The notes under the pieces are model-generated. The model ran no database searches. It was not told where the DNA came from and saw only the letters and a list, made by a program, of their open reading frames with translations. The translations under genes were made by a program, and so were the position numbers. A DNA stretch of 64,000 nt from an uncultured Prevotellaceae bacterium (GTDB lineage Bacteria > Bacteroidota > Bacteroidia > Bacteroidales > Bacteroidaceae), in NCBI GenBank assembly GCA_902776685.1, contig CACYRB010000005.1, forward strand, positions 997 to 64,996. Direction: 5' to 3'. Positions 39,238-48,973 of the stretch are shown here, piece by piece. The first letter of the stretch is position 1. Each line of letters starts with the position of its first letter.

Positions 39238-39307
39238 AAGTTTACAAAGACGAGCAGGTGATTGATGCGGGGAGTTCGAATTTAAGAATGAAAAAAATAG
39301 AATAACT

Positions 39308-40801
39308 ATGCCAGATAATAAGAAAAGAACTACAACACCGATAGATAATGCTTTTGGACATCTTCAGCCGCAGGCTATCGACGTCGAGAAGATTGTGCTC
39401 GGTGCACTCATGATTGACAAAGACGCCTTTTCTGTTGTCTCAGAAATTTTGCGTCCCGAGACATTCTACGACCCTAAACATCAGAAAATTTTCCAAGCTA
39501 TCCAGACGCTGAACATCAACGAGCATCCTGCCGACCTCATAACGGTTTCGGAACAGCTGAAACAACAAGGTGACCTCGATGCAATCGGAGGTCCGGCTTA
39601 TGTCGTTGACCTCACTGCTCATGTGGCTTCGTCGGCTCATATTGAATATTATGCCCGCATCTTGTCGAAGAAGTTTCTTGCTCGCCAACTCATTTCCTAT
39701 GCCAGCAAGATAGAAACTCAGGCTTTTGACGAAGCTATAGACGTCGACACACTGATGCAAGAGGCTGAAGGACAACTCTTTGAGCTTTCGCAAAAGAACA
39801 TGAAGAAAGACTACACGCAGATTGACCCTGTCGTAGAACGTGCGGTGAAAGCAATAGAGAAAGCTTACGAAAACACAGGTGGTTTGACGGGTATTCCTTC
39901 AGGATTTACCGATCTCGATAAAATCACCAGCGGCTGGCAGGCGTCTGACCTTGTCATTATTGCAGGACGACCAGCAATGGGTAAAACCTCTTTTGCATTA
40001 TCGATTGCCAAGAATGTAGCCGTTGACTATCAGATACCCGTGGCTTTCTTCTCGCTGGAAATGAGCAATCTACAGCTGACGCAACGATTGATGTCGAATG
40101 TTTGTGAAATTCAGGGTACCAAGATTCTTAACGGACAGTTCTCCAAACTCGATTGGGATCGCCTCGACAAGAATCTGCCTAAGCTGCAGGGAAAGCCTAT
40201 TTATGTCGACGATACGGCAGGACTGTCGGTTTTTGAATTGCGCTCGAAAGCACGCCGACTTGTTCGTGAAAAAGGGGTAAAGTTGATTATGGTCGACTAC
40301 CTTCAGTTGATGAATGCCAGTGGTATGCGCTTCGGTAACCGTCAAGAAGAGGTTTCGACAATTTCACGATCACTCAAAGGACTGGCAAAGGAGCTTGACA
40401 TTCCCGTTTTGGCTTTGTCGCAGCTTAATCGATCTGTGGAAACTCGCGACAACAAAGATAATGGTGATGGAAAGAGACCGCAGCTGAGCGACCTGCGAGA
40501 GTCGGGAGCTATCGAACAGGACGCCGATATGGTTCTCTTTGTCCACCGACCAGAGTATTATCGACTTTATGAGGACGAAAAAGGCAACGACCTTCGTGGC
40601 AAGGCACAAATCATTATTGCTAAACACCGTAAAGGTGCCACTGGCGACGTGTTGCTACAGTTCAAAGGCGAATTTACCCGTTTTCAAAATGATACCAGCG
40701 CGTCACAATCTCCATCAACAGACGGTGGTGAAATTCGAGGCAGTCGCCTGAACGGTGACCAACCTTTTCCGCCACTCCCAGAAGGAACTCCGGATTTCTA
40801 A
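39308..40801 (+). CDS. dnaB: Replicative DNA helicase
   Basis: AGRPAMGKT, FSLEMS, MVDYLQLM, LSQLNR and SDLRESGAIEQDAD motifs. Confidence 0.97.
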   Translation: MPDNKKRTTTPIDNAFGHLQPQAIDVEKIVLGALMIDKDAFSVVSEILRPETFYDPKHQKIFQAIQTLNINEHPADLITVSEQLKQQGDLDAIGGPAYVVDLTAHVASSAHIEYYARILSKKFLARQLISYASKIETQAFDEAIDVDTLMQEAEGQLFELSQKNMKKDYTQIDPVVERAVKAIEKAYENTGGLTGIPSGFTDLDKITSGWQASDLVIIAGRPAMGKTSFALSIAKNVAVDYQIPVAFFSLEMSNLQLTQRLMSNVCEIQGTKILNGQFSKLDWDRLDKNLPKLQGKPIYVDDTAGLSVFELRSKARRLVREKGVKLIMVDYLQLMNASGMRFGNRQEEVSTISRSLKGLAKELDIPVLALSQLNRSVETRDNKDNGDGKRPQLSDLRESGAIEQDADMVLFVHRPEYYRLYEDEKGNDLRGKAQIIIAKHRKGATGDVLLQFKGEFTRFQNDTSASQSPSTDGGEIRGSRLNGDQPFPPLPEGTPDF

Positions 40802-40911
40802 CTTTATTGCACTTTTTCTGTGATTTTGTTACTTTTTAGGGTAAAAATATTATAATTTATTTGTTTGTATGCAACTTTATTTGTAATTTTGCACCCGTTA
40901 AGAGTAAAAAG

Positions 40912-40980
40912 ATGATGAAACAACTGAACCTACTGGACCTTATTCTTAGCATTCGACTTCGCAACAAGAGTCGGAAGTAG
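40912..40980 (+). CDS. Leu-rich leader peptide (22 aa) of the leu operon
   Basis: MMKQLNLLDLILSIRLRNKSRK*, 6 Leu codons, just after a TAATTTTG promoter (40884-40891). Confidence 0.75.
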   Translation: MMKQLNLLDLILSIRLRNKSRK

Positions 40981-41015
40981 TAAGGTATGCACGTTGGTAT
41001 ATTATAATAATGTAT

Positions 41016-41055
41016 AAAAGCCTTTCTCACTTCCGATAGTGCGAGAGGCTTTTTT
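41016..41055 (+). terminator. Attenuator terminator upstream of leuA
   Basis: AAAAGCCTTTCTCAC..GTGCGAGAGGCTTTTTT; its ACTTCCGA is complementary to TCGGAAGT at the end of the leader ORF. Confidence 0.75.
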
Positions 41056-41152
41056 AATGAAGAATGACGATAGAGAAGTGTGGACAGTTAGCAAAGCGAC
41101 AAACGACATAATTATTAAACTTTAGTTTATAAATATAAATTCATAATAAGAC

Positions 41153-42649
41153 ATGAGTGACAGACTTTACATTTTTGACACGACACTCCGTGATGGCGAG
41201 CAGGTGCCGGGTTGTCAGTTGAACACTGTTGAGAAAATTCAGGTTGCCAAGCAGCTTGAACAATTAGGGGTAGACGTTATCGAGGCGGGCTTTCCTATTA
41301 GTTCTCCAGGTGACTTTAACTCAGTAATAGAAATTTCAAAGGCTGTAACGTGGCCGACGATTTGTGCCTTGACACGAGCCGTTCAGAAAGACATCGATGT
41401 GGCCTACGATGCACTCAAGTATGCAAAGCGCAAGCGCATTCACACTGGTATTGGTACAAGTGATTCGCACATCAAATATAAATTCAACTCAACTCGTGAG
41501 GAAATCATCGAGCGTGCAGTAGCAGCGGTAAAATATGCAAAGAAATATGTTGAAGACGTGGAGTTCTATGCCGAAGATGCAGGACGTACCGACAACGAGT
41601 ATCTTGCGCGTGTCATCGAAGCTGTTATCAAGGCTGGTGCTACGGTCGTAAACATTCCCGATACAACAGGTTATTGCCTGCCACAAGAGTACGGTGAGAA
41701 AATTAAATATCTGGTAGAGCATGTCGACGGCATTGACAAGGCCATTATCTCTACTCATTGCCACAACGATTTAGGAATGGCAACGGCCAACACCTTCTCT
41801 GGTGTGATTAATGGAGCTCGCCAGGTAGAAGTGACGATTAACGGCATTGGCGAACGAGCAGGTAATACCTCGCTCGAAGAAATCGCTATGATACTTAAAT
41901 GCCATAAACACTTGAATATTGACACGAACATCAATACAACAAAGATTTATCCTATTTCGCGCATGGTGTCGTCGTTGATGAACATGCCGGTCCAACCTAA
42001 CAAAGCTATTGTTGGCCGCAATGCGTTTGCTCATTCAAGCGGAATCCATCAGGATGGCGTCTTGAAAAACGTAAAGACTTACGAGATTATTGACCCGAAA
42101 GACATTGGGCTTGATGATAACTCTATCGTTCTGACTGCTCGTAGCGGTCGCGCAGCATTGAAACACCGTTTGAATGTCAACGGCATAGAGGTTAGCGATG
42201 AGAAACTTGATAAGATTTATGAAAAGTTCCTGAAACTGGCCGACCAGAAGAAGGAGGTTGGTGATGCCGACATCCTGATGTTGGCTGGTGCCGATACCGC
42301 CGAAGCTCACGCCGTGAAGCTCGACTTCCTGCAAGTTACAACAGGCATGGGGGTAAAGAGCGTTGCCTCAATCGGACTCGATATCAGCGGCCAGAAATTT
42401 GAGGCTGCATCAACGGGTAATGGTCCGGTTGACGCTGCTATCAAGGCCCTGAAGAAAATCATCATGAAGCAGATGACGCTTAAAGAGTTTACTATTCAAG
42501 CCATCTCGAAAGGTAGTGATGATGTGGGCAAGGTTCACATGCAGGTCGAGTACGATGGTTCTATGTATTATGGCTTTGGTGCCAATACTGATATCGTTAC
42601 TGCTTCAGTCGAAGCTTATATAGATTGTATCAACAAATTCAAAAAATAG
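41153..42649 (+). CDS. leuA: 2-isopropylmalate synthase
   Basis: [22 protein letters not shown] and HSSGIHQDG motifs; C-terminal regulatory domain. Confidence 0.96.
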   Translation: MSDRLYIFDTTLRDGEQVPGCQLNTVEKIQVAKQLEQLGVDVIEAGFPISSPGDFNSVIEISKAVTWPTICALTRAVQKDIDVAYDALKYAKRKRIHTGIGTSDSHIKYKFNSTREEIIERAVAAVKYAKKYVEDVEFYAEDAGRTDNEYLARVIEAVIKAGATVVNIPDTTGYCLPQEYGEKIKYLVEHVDGIDKAIISTHCHNDLGMATANTFSGVINGARQVEVTINGIGERAGNTSLEEIAMILKCHKHLNIDTNINTTKIYPISRMVSSLMNMPVQPNKAIVGRNAFAHSSGIHQDGVLKNVKTYEIIDPKDIGLDDNSIVLTARSGRAALKHRLNVNGIEVSDEKLDKIYEKFLKLADQKKEVGDADILMLAGADTAEAHAVKLDFLQVTTGMGVKSVASIGLDISGQKFEAASTGNGPVDAAIKALKKIIMKQMTLKEFTIQAISKGSDDVGKVHMQVEYDGSMYYGFGANTDIVTASVEAYIDCINKFKK

Positions 42650-42652
42650 AAT

Positions 42653-44032
42653 ATGGGATTTACGCTTTTTGATAAGATATGGGACAAACACGTCGTTCAA
42701 ATACTTAAAGACGGTCCCACACAACTTTATATTGATCGTCTTTATTGCCATGAAGTGACGTCGCCGCAAGCATTTGCAGGTTTGCGTGAACGTGGTTTGA
42801 AATGTTTCCGTCCAGGGCAGATTTTTTGTATGCCCGACCATAACACCCCCACTCATGATCAGGATAAACCAATTGTTGATCCTGTTTCAAAACGTCAAGT
42901 CGACACGCTCGAGAAAAATGCGAAAGAGTTTGGCCTTACACATTTCGCTATGAATACTCCCGATAACGGCATCATTCATGTGGTGGGACCAGAAAAAGGT
43001 TTGTCTCTTCCAGGGATGACGATTGTTTGTGGAGATTCTCACACTTCAACTCATGGTGCAGTCGGAGCTGTTGCTTTCGGAATAGGTACCTCGGAAGTAG
43101 AGATGGTTATGGCATCTCAATGCATATTACAGCAGAAACCGAAATCGATGAGAATAAACATAAAAGGTTCTCTTGGTAAAGGTGTAACGGCCAAGGATGT
43201 AGCTCTTTATCTGATGTCACGTTTGACAACTTCCGGTGCTACCGGTTATTTTGTGGAGTATGCAGGTCAGGCTGTTGAGGAGATGTCGATGGAGGGTCGT
43301 CTGACGCTTTGTAACCTCTCCATTGAAATGGGTGCTCGTGGTGGATTTGTTGCTCCCGATGAAACCACTTTTGCATATCTAAAAGATAGAGAGTATTCCC
43401 CTAAAGGTGAAGCGTGGGATAAAGCCGTTGCATATTGGAAGACTTTAAAAACTGACGAAGATGCAACATTTGATAAAGAACTGACATTCGATGCTGCTGA
43501 CATTGCCCCTCGAATTACCTATGGTACGAATCCGGGTATGGGCATAGTAATCAATGAGCCGATTCCCAGCCATGGTGACGCAAACTTCGATAAAGCCTTA
43601 TCTTATATGGACTTTAAACCCAACGAGTTGTTGACGGGCAAAAAGATAGACTATGTTTTTCTTGGCGCTTGTACAAACGGTCGAATAGAGGATTTTCGTG
43701 CATTTGCTTCTATTGTCAAAGGGCGGAAGAAAGCCCCCGAGGTTGTGGCTTGGCTTGTACCAGGTTCGTGGATGGTATATCGTCAGATTCATGAAGAGGG
43801 ACTTGACGAGGTGTTGACAGAAGCCGGATTTGAGATTCGCCAACCAGGCTGCTCGGCTTGTTTGGCCATGAACGACGATAAAGTTCCTGCTGGAAAGTAT
43901 TGTGTTTCGACAAGTAATCGTAATTTTGAAGGTCGTCAAGGACCTGGTTCTCGCACACTACTCTGTAGTCCTCTTACGGCTGCGGCCGCAGCTGTCACTG
44001 GTGTCATTACTGACCCAAGGGAATTTGTATAG
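42653..44032 (+). CDS. leuC: 3-isopropylmalate dehydratase large subunit
   Basis: [30 protein letters not shown] and [12 protein letters not shown] motifs. Confidence 0.97.
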   Translation: MGFTLFDKIWDKHVVQILKDGPTQLYIDRLYCHEVTSPQAFAGLRERGLKCFRPGQIFCMPDHNTPTHDQDKPIVDPVSKRQVDTLEKNAKEFGLTHFAMNTPDNGIIHVVGPEKGLSLPGMTIVCGDSHTSTHGAVGAVAFGIGTSEVEMVMASQCILQQKPKSMRINIKGSLGKGVTAKDVALYLMSRLTTSGATGYFVEYAGQAVEEMSMEGRLTLCNLSIEMGARGGFVAPDETTFAYLKDREYSPKGEAWDKAVAYWKTLKTDEDATFDKELTFDAADIAPRITYGTNPGMGIVINEPIPSHGDANFDKALSYMDFKPNELLTGKKIDYVFLGACTNGRIEDFRAFASIVKGRKKAPEVVAWLVPGSWMVYRQIHEEGLDEVLTEAGFEIRQPGCSACLAMNDDKVPAGKYCVSTSNRNFEGRQGPGSRTLLCSPLTAAAAAVTGVITDPREFV

Positions 44033-44081
44033 TGAAGAGAACATTCATTATTAATTATTCATTAGCGAATCGCATAGACGT

Positions 44082-44672
44082 ATGAAACAAAAGTTCAATG
44101 TTATAACAAGCACTTGCGTTCCCTTGCCATTGGAGAACGTTGATACCGACCAGATAATTCCTGCACGTTTCTTGAAGGCAACCGACAAGGCAGGCATGGG
44201 AGAGAACCTGTTCCGCGATTGGCGTTTCAATGCCGACGGAACACCCAAAAAGGATTTTGTACTTAACGATCCGTCTTACTCGGGTGTAATTCTTGTTGCA
44301 GGAAAAAACTTTGGTAGTGGTTCGAGTCGTGAACATGCCGCATGGGCTATTGCCGGATATGGTTTTAGGGTTGTTATCAGTTCTTTCTTTGCCGATATTC
44401 ATAAGAATAACGAACTCAATAATTTCGTGTTGCCGGTTGTGGTAAGCGAAGATTTCCTTCAAGAGCTCTTTGCCTCAATAGCCCAAGATCATAATACTCT
44501 GGTGGAGGTAGATTTGCCACGTCAGACCGTGACAAACAAATCGACTGGCCGGTCTGAACAATTCGAGATCAATGGCTACAAAAAACATTGCTTGATAAAT
44601 GGTCTCGACGATATAGATTTTCTTGTTGCAAATAAGGATAAAATTGAAGAATGGGAAGGAAATAATGAGTAA
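44082..44672 (+). CDS. leuD: 3-isopropylmalate dehydratase small subunit
   Basis: NVDTDQIIPARFL and NFGSGSSREHA motifs. Confidence 0.97.
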   Translation: MKQKFNVITSTCVPLPLENVDTDQIIPARFLKATDKAGMGENLFRDWRFNADGTPKKDFVLNDPSYSGVILVAGKNFGSGSSREHAAWAIAGYGFRVVISSFFADIHKNNELNNFVLPVVVSEDFLQELFASIAQDHNTLVEVDLPRQTVTNKSTGRSEQFEINGYKKHCLINGLDDIDFLVANKDKIEEWEGNNE

Positions 44673-44730
44673 TGAGTAATGAGTAATGTCATAACTCTTT
44701 AACTTCTCAACTCAAAAAAATGGGAATGAA

Positions 44731-46266
44731 ATGAAAAGTCCTTACATAGAAATCATGGATTGCACACTCCGTGATGGTGAGCAAACGAGCGGAGTGTCCT
44801 TTTTGCCTCATGAGAAACTTATGATAGCCCGACAACTCTTGGGAGAGGTCAATGTTGACCGTATCGAGGTTGCGTCGGCGGGTGTTTCAGAGGGCGAGAA
44901 GAAAGCCGTGTCTTCTATCTGCCGGTATGCAGAGAGCATTGGTAAGCTTGATAGGGTAGAGGTGCTTGGTTTTGTAGATGGCCACCGTTCGATTGACTGG
45001 ATTGCCGAGTGTGGCGGGCAGGTCATTAACCTCCTTGCAAAAGGTTCTCTCAGACATTGTCTTCATCAGTTGAAAAAGCAGCCTGACGAGCATTTGTCAG
45101 ATATCTTGCGCACAATAGAATATGCCGAGCGAAAGAACATAAAAGTGAATCTTTATCTTGAGGATTGGAGCAACGGCATGAAAAATTCGCCCGACTATGT
45201 CTATCGGTTGATGGACACGCTTTTCGATACGAACATCATGCGCTTCATGCTTCCCGATACGCTCGGCATCATGAACCCCTTGCAATGTATTGAATATCTG
45301 CGAAAGATGCGCAAGCGCTATTCCAATCTTCGTTTCGACTTTCACGCTCACAACGATTACGACATGGCTGTCTCTAATTCCTTGGCTGCCGTGTTGGGCG
45401 GTTGTCAGGGACTTCACGTAACTGTCAACGGCCTTGGCGAACGTTGTGGAAATGCGCCGTTGGCAAGTGTGCAAGTCATTCTGAAAGACCATTTCAATGC
45501 TCGGACAGGTATAAATGAAGAACGGCTTAACGACATCAGCCGATTAGTCGAAGGCTATTCAGGTATCGCCATTGCTCCCAACATGCCTATTGTCGGAGAA
45601 AACGTCTTCACGCAGGTGGCTGGTGTTCATGCCGACGGTGATACCAAAGACAAGCTTTATTATAATGAACTCGTGCCTGAGCGTTTTGGCCGTCGGCGTG
45701 AATATGCCTTAGGTAAAAACTCTGGGCGGGCAAATATTGCCAATAACCTCGAGGAACTCGGGCTTGAACTTACAACGGAGCAAATACAAAAGGTCACGCG
45801 GCGCATTACCGAACTGGGCGATCGTAAGGAACTCGTTACTCCCGAAGACTTGCCGTTCATCGTGTCGGATGTGCTCAAACATAGTGTTCCTGACGACCGC
45901 GTGAAGCTTATTAGTTATGTGGTAAATACCTCTTACGGTTTAAAACCAGGTGCAAACATCAAGGTTGAGATTAATGGCCAGCAATATGAAGCCGGTGCCA
46001 CTGGCGACGGTCAGTACGATGCCTTTGTCAAGGCTCTGCGTTATATCTACAAGAAATTCCTTGGCCGTACCTTCCCACGCTTGGCAAACTATACTGTCAG
46101 TATTCCGCCGGGTGGCCGCACAGACGCCCTTGTACAAACCATTATCACGTGGGACACTCCAGGCAAGCCCTTACGCACTCGTGGCCTTGACGCCGACCAG
46201 ACAGAAGCGGCTATAAAAGCCACAATAAAAATGTTGAATATCATAGAAAACGACGAAATCGCATGA
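44731..46266 (+). CDS. cimA: LeuA-family paralog, probable citramalate synthase
   Basis: DCTLRDGEQT, HAHND and GLGERCGN motifs; second LeuA-like gene in the Bacteroidales leu operon. Confidence 0.8.
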   Translation: MKSPYIEIMDCTLRDGEQTSGVSFLPHEKLMIARQLLGEVNVDRIEVASAGVSEGEKKAVSSICRYAESIGKLDRVEVLGFVDGHRSIDWIAECGGQVINLLAKGSLRHCLHQLKKQPDEHLSDILRTIEYAERKNIKVNLYLEDWSNGMKNSPDYVYRLMDTLFDTNIMRFMLPDTLGIMNPLQCIEYLRKMRKRYSNLRFDFHAHNDYDMAVSNSLAAVLGGCQGLHVTVNGLGERCGNAPLASVQVILKDHFNARTGINEERLNDISRLVEGYSGIAIAPNMPIVGENVFTQVAGVHADGDTKDKLYYNELVPERFGRRREYALGKNSGRANIANNLEELGLELTTEQIQKVTRRITELGDRKELVTPEDLPFIVSDVLKHSVPDDRVKLISYVVNTSYGLKPGANIKVEINGQQYEAGATGDGQYDAFVKALRYIYKKFLGRTFPRLANYTVSIPPGGRTDALVQTIITWDTPGKPLRTRGLDADQTEAAIKATIKMLNIIENDEIA

Positions 46267-46775
46267 AAGAAATCTATTTTGCCGGAGGATGTTTCTGGGG
46301 CACACAACACTACTTTAAGCAGATAGATGGTGTAGTCGAAACCACCGTCGGCTATGCTAACGGACATACGTCAGCACCCTCTTATGAAGAGGTGTATACC
46401 GACTCGACCGGCTATGCGGAAACCGTGCGAATTGTGTATGATGAGTCGAAGATAAGTCTGCGGTTTCTGGTCGAAATGTTTTTCAAAGCCATCGACCCTA
46501 CGAGTCTAAACCAGCAAGGTGAAGACAAAGGCACTCGCTATCGCACGGGCGTTTATTATACTGACGAATCTCAATATCATATAATCCGTCAAGTGTTTGA
46601 TGAGCAGCAGGCGAATATTTCAAGTCAGTTGGTGGTCGAACTTATGCCGCTTGAGAATTTCTATCGGGCAGAAGAATATCATCAAAACTATCTCGACAAG
46701 AATCCTCAAGGGTATTGTCATCTGCCATTGGCCTTGTTTGAATATGCGAAGAAGGCGAGAGACAATAAGATGTAA
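46263..46775 (+). CDS. msrA: Peptide methionine sulfoxide reductase A
   Basis: FAGGCFWG, YRTGVY and AEEYHQNYL..NPQGYCH motifs. Confidence 0.94.
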   Translation: MKEIYFAGGCFWGTQHYFKQIDGVVETTVGYANGHTSAPSYEEVYTDSTGYAETVRIVYDESKISLRFLVEMFFKAIDPTSLNQQGEDKGTRYRTGVYYTDESQYHIIRQVFDEQQANISSQLVVELMPLENFYRAEEYHQNYLDKNPQGYCHLPLALFEYAKKARDNKM

Positions 46776-46794
46776 GTAGCTTTAGCTGGCTGAA

Positions 46795-46892
46795 AAGCAT
46801 TGTCAGACAATGAAATAAGCATTGTCAGACAATGAAATAAGCCTTGTTAGACTATGAGAAGAGGCTTGTTAGAATTGCAAAGAGCCTTATTA
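46795..46892. repeat. 22-bp tandem repeat (family 2)
   Basis: AAGCATTGTCAGACAATGAAAT exactly duplicated (46795, 46817), then degenerate units at 46839, 46861 and ~46882. Confidence 0.85.
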
Positions 46893-46897
46893 AATTC

Positions 46898-46936
46898 ATA
46901 AAGCATAGGTTTACGATGTCTAAACCTATGCTTTAT
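46898..46936. terminator. Perfect 16-bp hairpin, likely bidirectional terminator
   Basis: ATAAAGCATAGGTTTA-N7-TAAACCTATGCTTTAT between convergent msrA and kdsB. Confidence 0.75.
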
Positions 46937-46968
46937 CATGTGAAAACGATAGCTTTACAACATGAAAC

Positions 46969-47736
46969 CTACATCTTCTTTATCAGTTCCTTTGCGTGTT
47001 GTAAGTCTTCAGGCGTGTCAATGCCGACGGTAGCAGTCTCGGTGAATCCGCATCGAATGCGATAGCCGTTTTCGAGCCAACGCAGTTGTTCAAGGCTCTC
47101 CGCCTGTTCAAGGGGTGAGGCAGGCAGCTGAGCAACTTGCCGGAGAACGTCGGCACGATAGGCATAAATGCCGATGTGTTTTTGATAGTTATGGTTGTGT
47201 AGCCACTCTTCGGTATGTTTTCCTCTGACGTGTGGAATGACTGAGCGCGAGAAGTAAAGTGCAAATCCCCGACGGTCGGTAACAACTTTAGGAGAGTTGG
47301 GCGAGAAGAGTGCCTCGGTATCAGGGAATCGCGTGACGAGGGTGGCAATGTCGGTCTCGGGCGTGTCGAATAAATTGCACAACGTTTTAATCTGCTCCGG
47401 ACGAATGAAAGGTTCGTCGCCTTGCACGTTGATGACCACAAGGTTGGCTGATTCGGCGTTGCCTTTTGCTTGTTCAATAATGCTAAGCGCCTCGCAAATA
47501 CGGTCGGTCCCGCTTCGGTGGTCGGAACGCGTCATGATGGCTTTGCCGCCGAAACTCTCTACGGCTTCTTTTATGCGCTCGTCGTCGGTGGCTACATAAA
47601 CCTCTTCAACGGCTTGGCGAGCTCGTTCATATACGTGTTGAATAATAGGTTTGTCTGCCAATATGGCAAGTGGCTTGCCCGGGAAGCGTGTTGAGGCATA
47701 ACGAGCCGGAATGATGCAAATGAATTTCGTGTTCAT
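46969..47736 (-). CDS. kdsB: 3-deoxy-manno-octulosonate cytidylyltransferase
   Basis: IIPARYASTRFPGKPL, SGTDR, NVQGDEP and ESLEQLRWLE motifs. Confidence 0.96.
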   Translation of the reverse strand: MNTKFICIIPARYASTRFPGKPLAILADKPIIQHVYERARQAVEEVYVATDDERIKEAVESFGGKAIMTRSDHRSGTDRICEALSIIEQAKGNAESANLVVINVQGDEPFIRPEQIKTLCNLFDTPETDIATLVTRFPDTEALFSPNSPKVVTDRRGFALYFSRSVIPHVRGKHTEEWLHNHNYQKHIGIYAYRADVLRQVAQLPASPLEQAESLEQLRWLENGYRIRCGFTETATVGIDTPEDLQHAKELIKKM

Positions 47737-47851
47737 TTCAGATGAAATATAATAGGTTCAATTAGAAAATTTTTGCAAAAGTAATGAAAAAAGATGAAAG
47801 ATGAAGCCCGAAGCACTAAAGTTTCATCTTTTTTTATTACTTTTGCAAAAT

Positions 47852-48973
47852 ATGAAAAAGAACAGAGTATTTTTATTTTCGATTATAGTTGCGCTTGCGT
47901 TGCCTTCAGCACATGCGCAGAAAGTGACGCTTGGCTCGTGTACAACCCATGATGGCGGCCAGTACCAAGGTGAAATGCAAGGTGGTAAGCCTTATGGAAA
48001 GGGCAAGACCAGATGGAACAATGGCGATTTATACGAAGGAGAGTACGTCAAGGGCCTGCGCCAGGGCGATGGCATCTATACCTTTGCCGATGGTGAAAAA
48101 TATGATGGGAAATGGTTCAAAGACCAGCAGCATGGCATGGGTACCTATTATTTCAGCAATAATAATCGGTATGTAGGCCTGTGGTATCGCGACTATCAAC
48201 AGGACCATGGCATTATGTACTATTATAATGGCGATGTTTATGACGGCAACTGGGAGCGCGACAAGCGGTCTGGGCTGGGCAAGTACACGTTTGCCAATGG
48301 GGCTTACTACGATGGTAATTGGAAAAACGACGAGAAGAACGGCCAAGGTACTTTCGTTTGGGAAGACGGTGAGACCTATACGGGTTCATGGTCGAGCAAT
48401 CAGCGCTCAGGCAAGGGAACGACGATTTACCCCAATGGCGATAAATACACAGGCGATTGGATGAACGACTTGCAAAACGGCAAAGGCATCTATTCGTTTC
48501 AAAACGGCGACGTCTATGAAGGCGACTATGTGAACGGTGAACGCACCGGACAAGGTATTCTCCGCTATGCAAGCGGCGATGTCTATACGGGTGGTTTCGA
48601 CAACGGAGACAAGTCGCGTACAGGCACTTATAAGTGGTCGAACGGCGATGTCTATGAAGGTCAATGGAAGAACGATTTGCAAGACGGAGCCGGCAAGCTG
48701 GTCAAGCGCAATGGCGACCGCTACGAGGGAACCTTCAAAAACGGAAAGCTCGACGGGCAAATCGTGATTCACTATGCCGACGGCACACGCTTCAAAGGCG
48801 ATTACCGGGCAGGAATGCGCCACGGAAAAGCGATTGAAGAAGACAAAGACGGTAAGCGTTTCGAAGGCTCATACGAGAAAGACGAGAAACACGGAAAGTT
48901 TGTCGAGAAAGACAGAAACGGTAAAATTATTAAACAAGGACATTACGATAAAGGAAGGAGATTTGAAGAATGA
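47852..48973 (+). CDS. Secreted MORN-repeat protein
   Basis: Signal peptide followed by many 23-aa YxGxWxxxxxxGxG repeats; start at MKKNR (47852). Confidence 0.9.
   Translation: MKKNRVFLFSIIVALALPSAHAQKVTLGSCTTHDGGQYQGEMQGGKPYGKGKTRWNNGDLYEGEYVKGLRQGDGIYTFADGEKYDGKWFKDQQHGMGTYYFSNNNRYVGLWYRDYQQDHGIMYYYNGDVYDGNWERDKRSGLGKYTFANGAYYDGNWKNDEKNGQGTFVWEDGETYTGSWSSNQRSGKGTTIYPNGDKYTGDWMNDLQNGKGIYSFQNGDVYEGDYVNGERTGQGILRYASGDVYTGGFDNGDKSRTGTYKWSNGDVYEGQWKNDLQDGAGKLVKRNGDRYEGTFKNGKLDGQIVIHYADGTRFKGDYRAGMRHGKAIEEDKDGKRFEGSYEKDEKHGKFVEKDRNGKIIKQGHYDKGRRFEE

Noticed and set aside
29840-39305. Intact prophage or ICE carrying the tubulin-like operon (PhuZ/TubZ-type)
   Set aside because: Only a short broken MuF fragment is present; no integrase, terminase, capsid, relaxase or att duplication seen
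47852-48973. 69-bp periodic DNA as a repeat element
   Set aside because: Explained by MORN protein repeats
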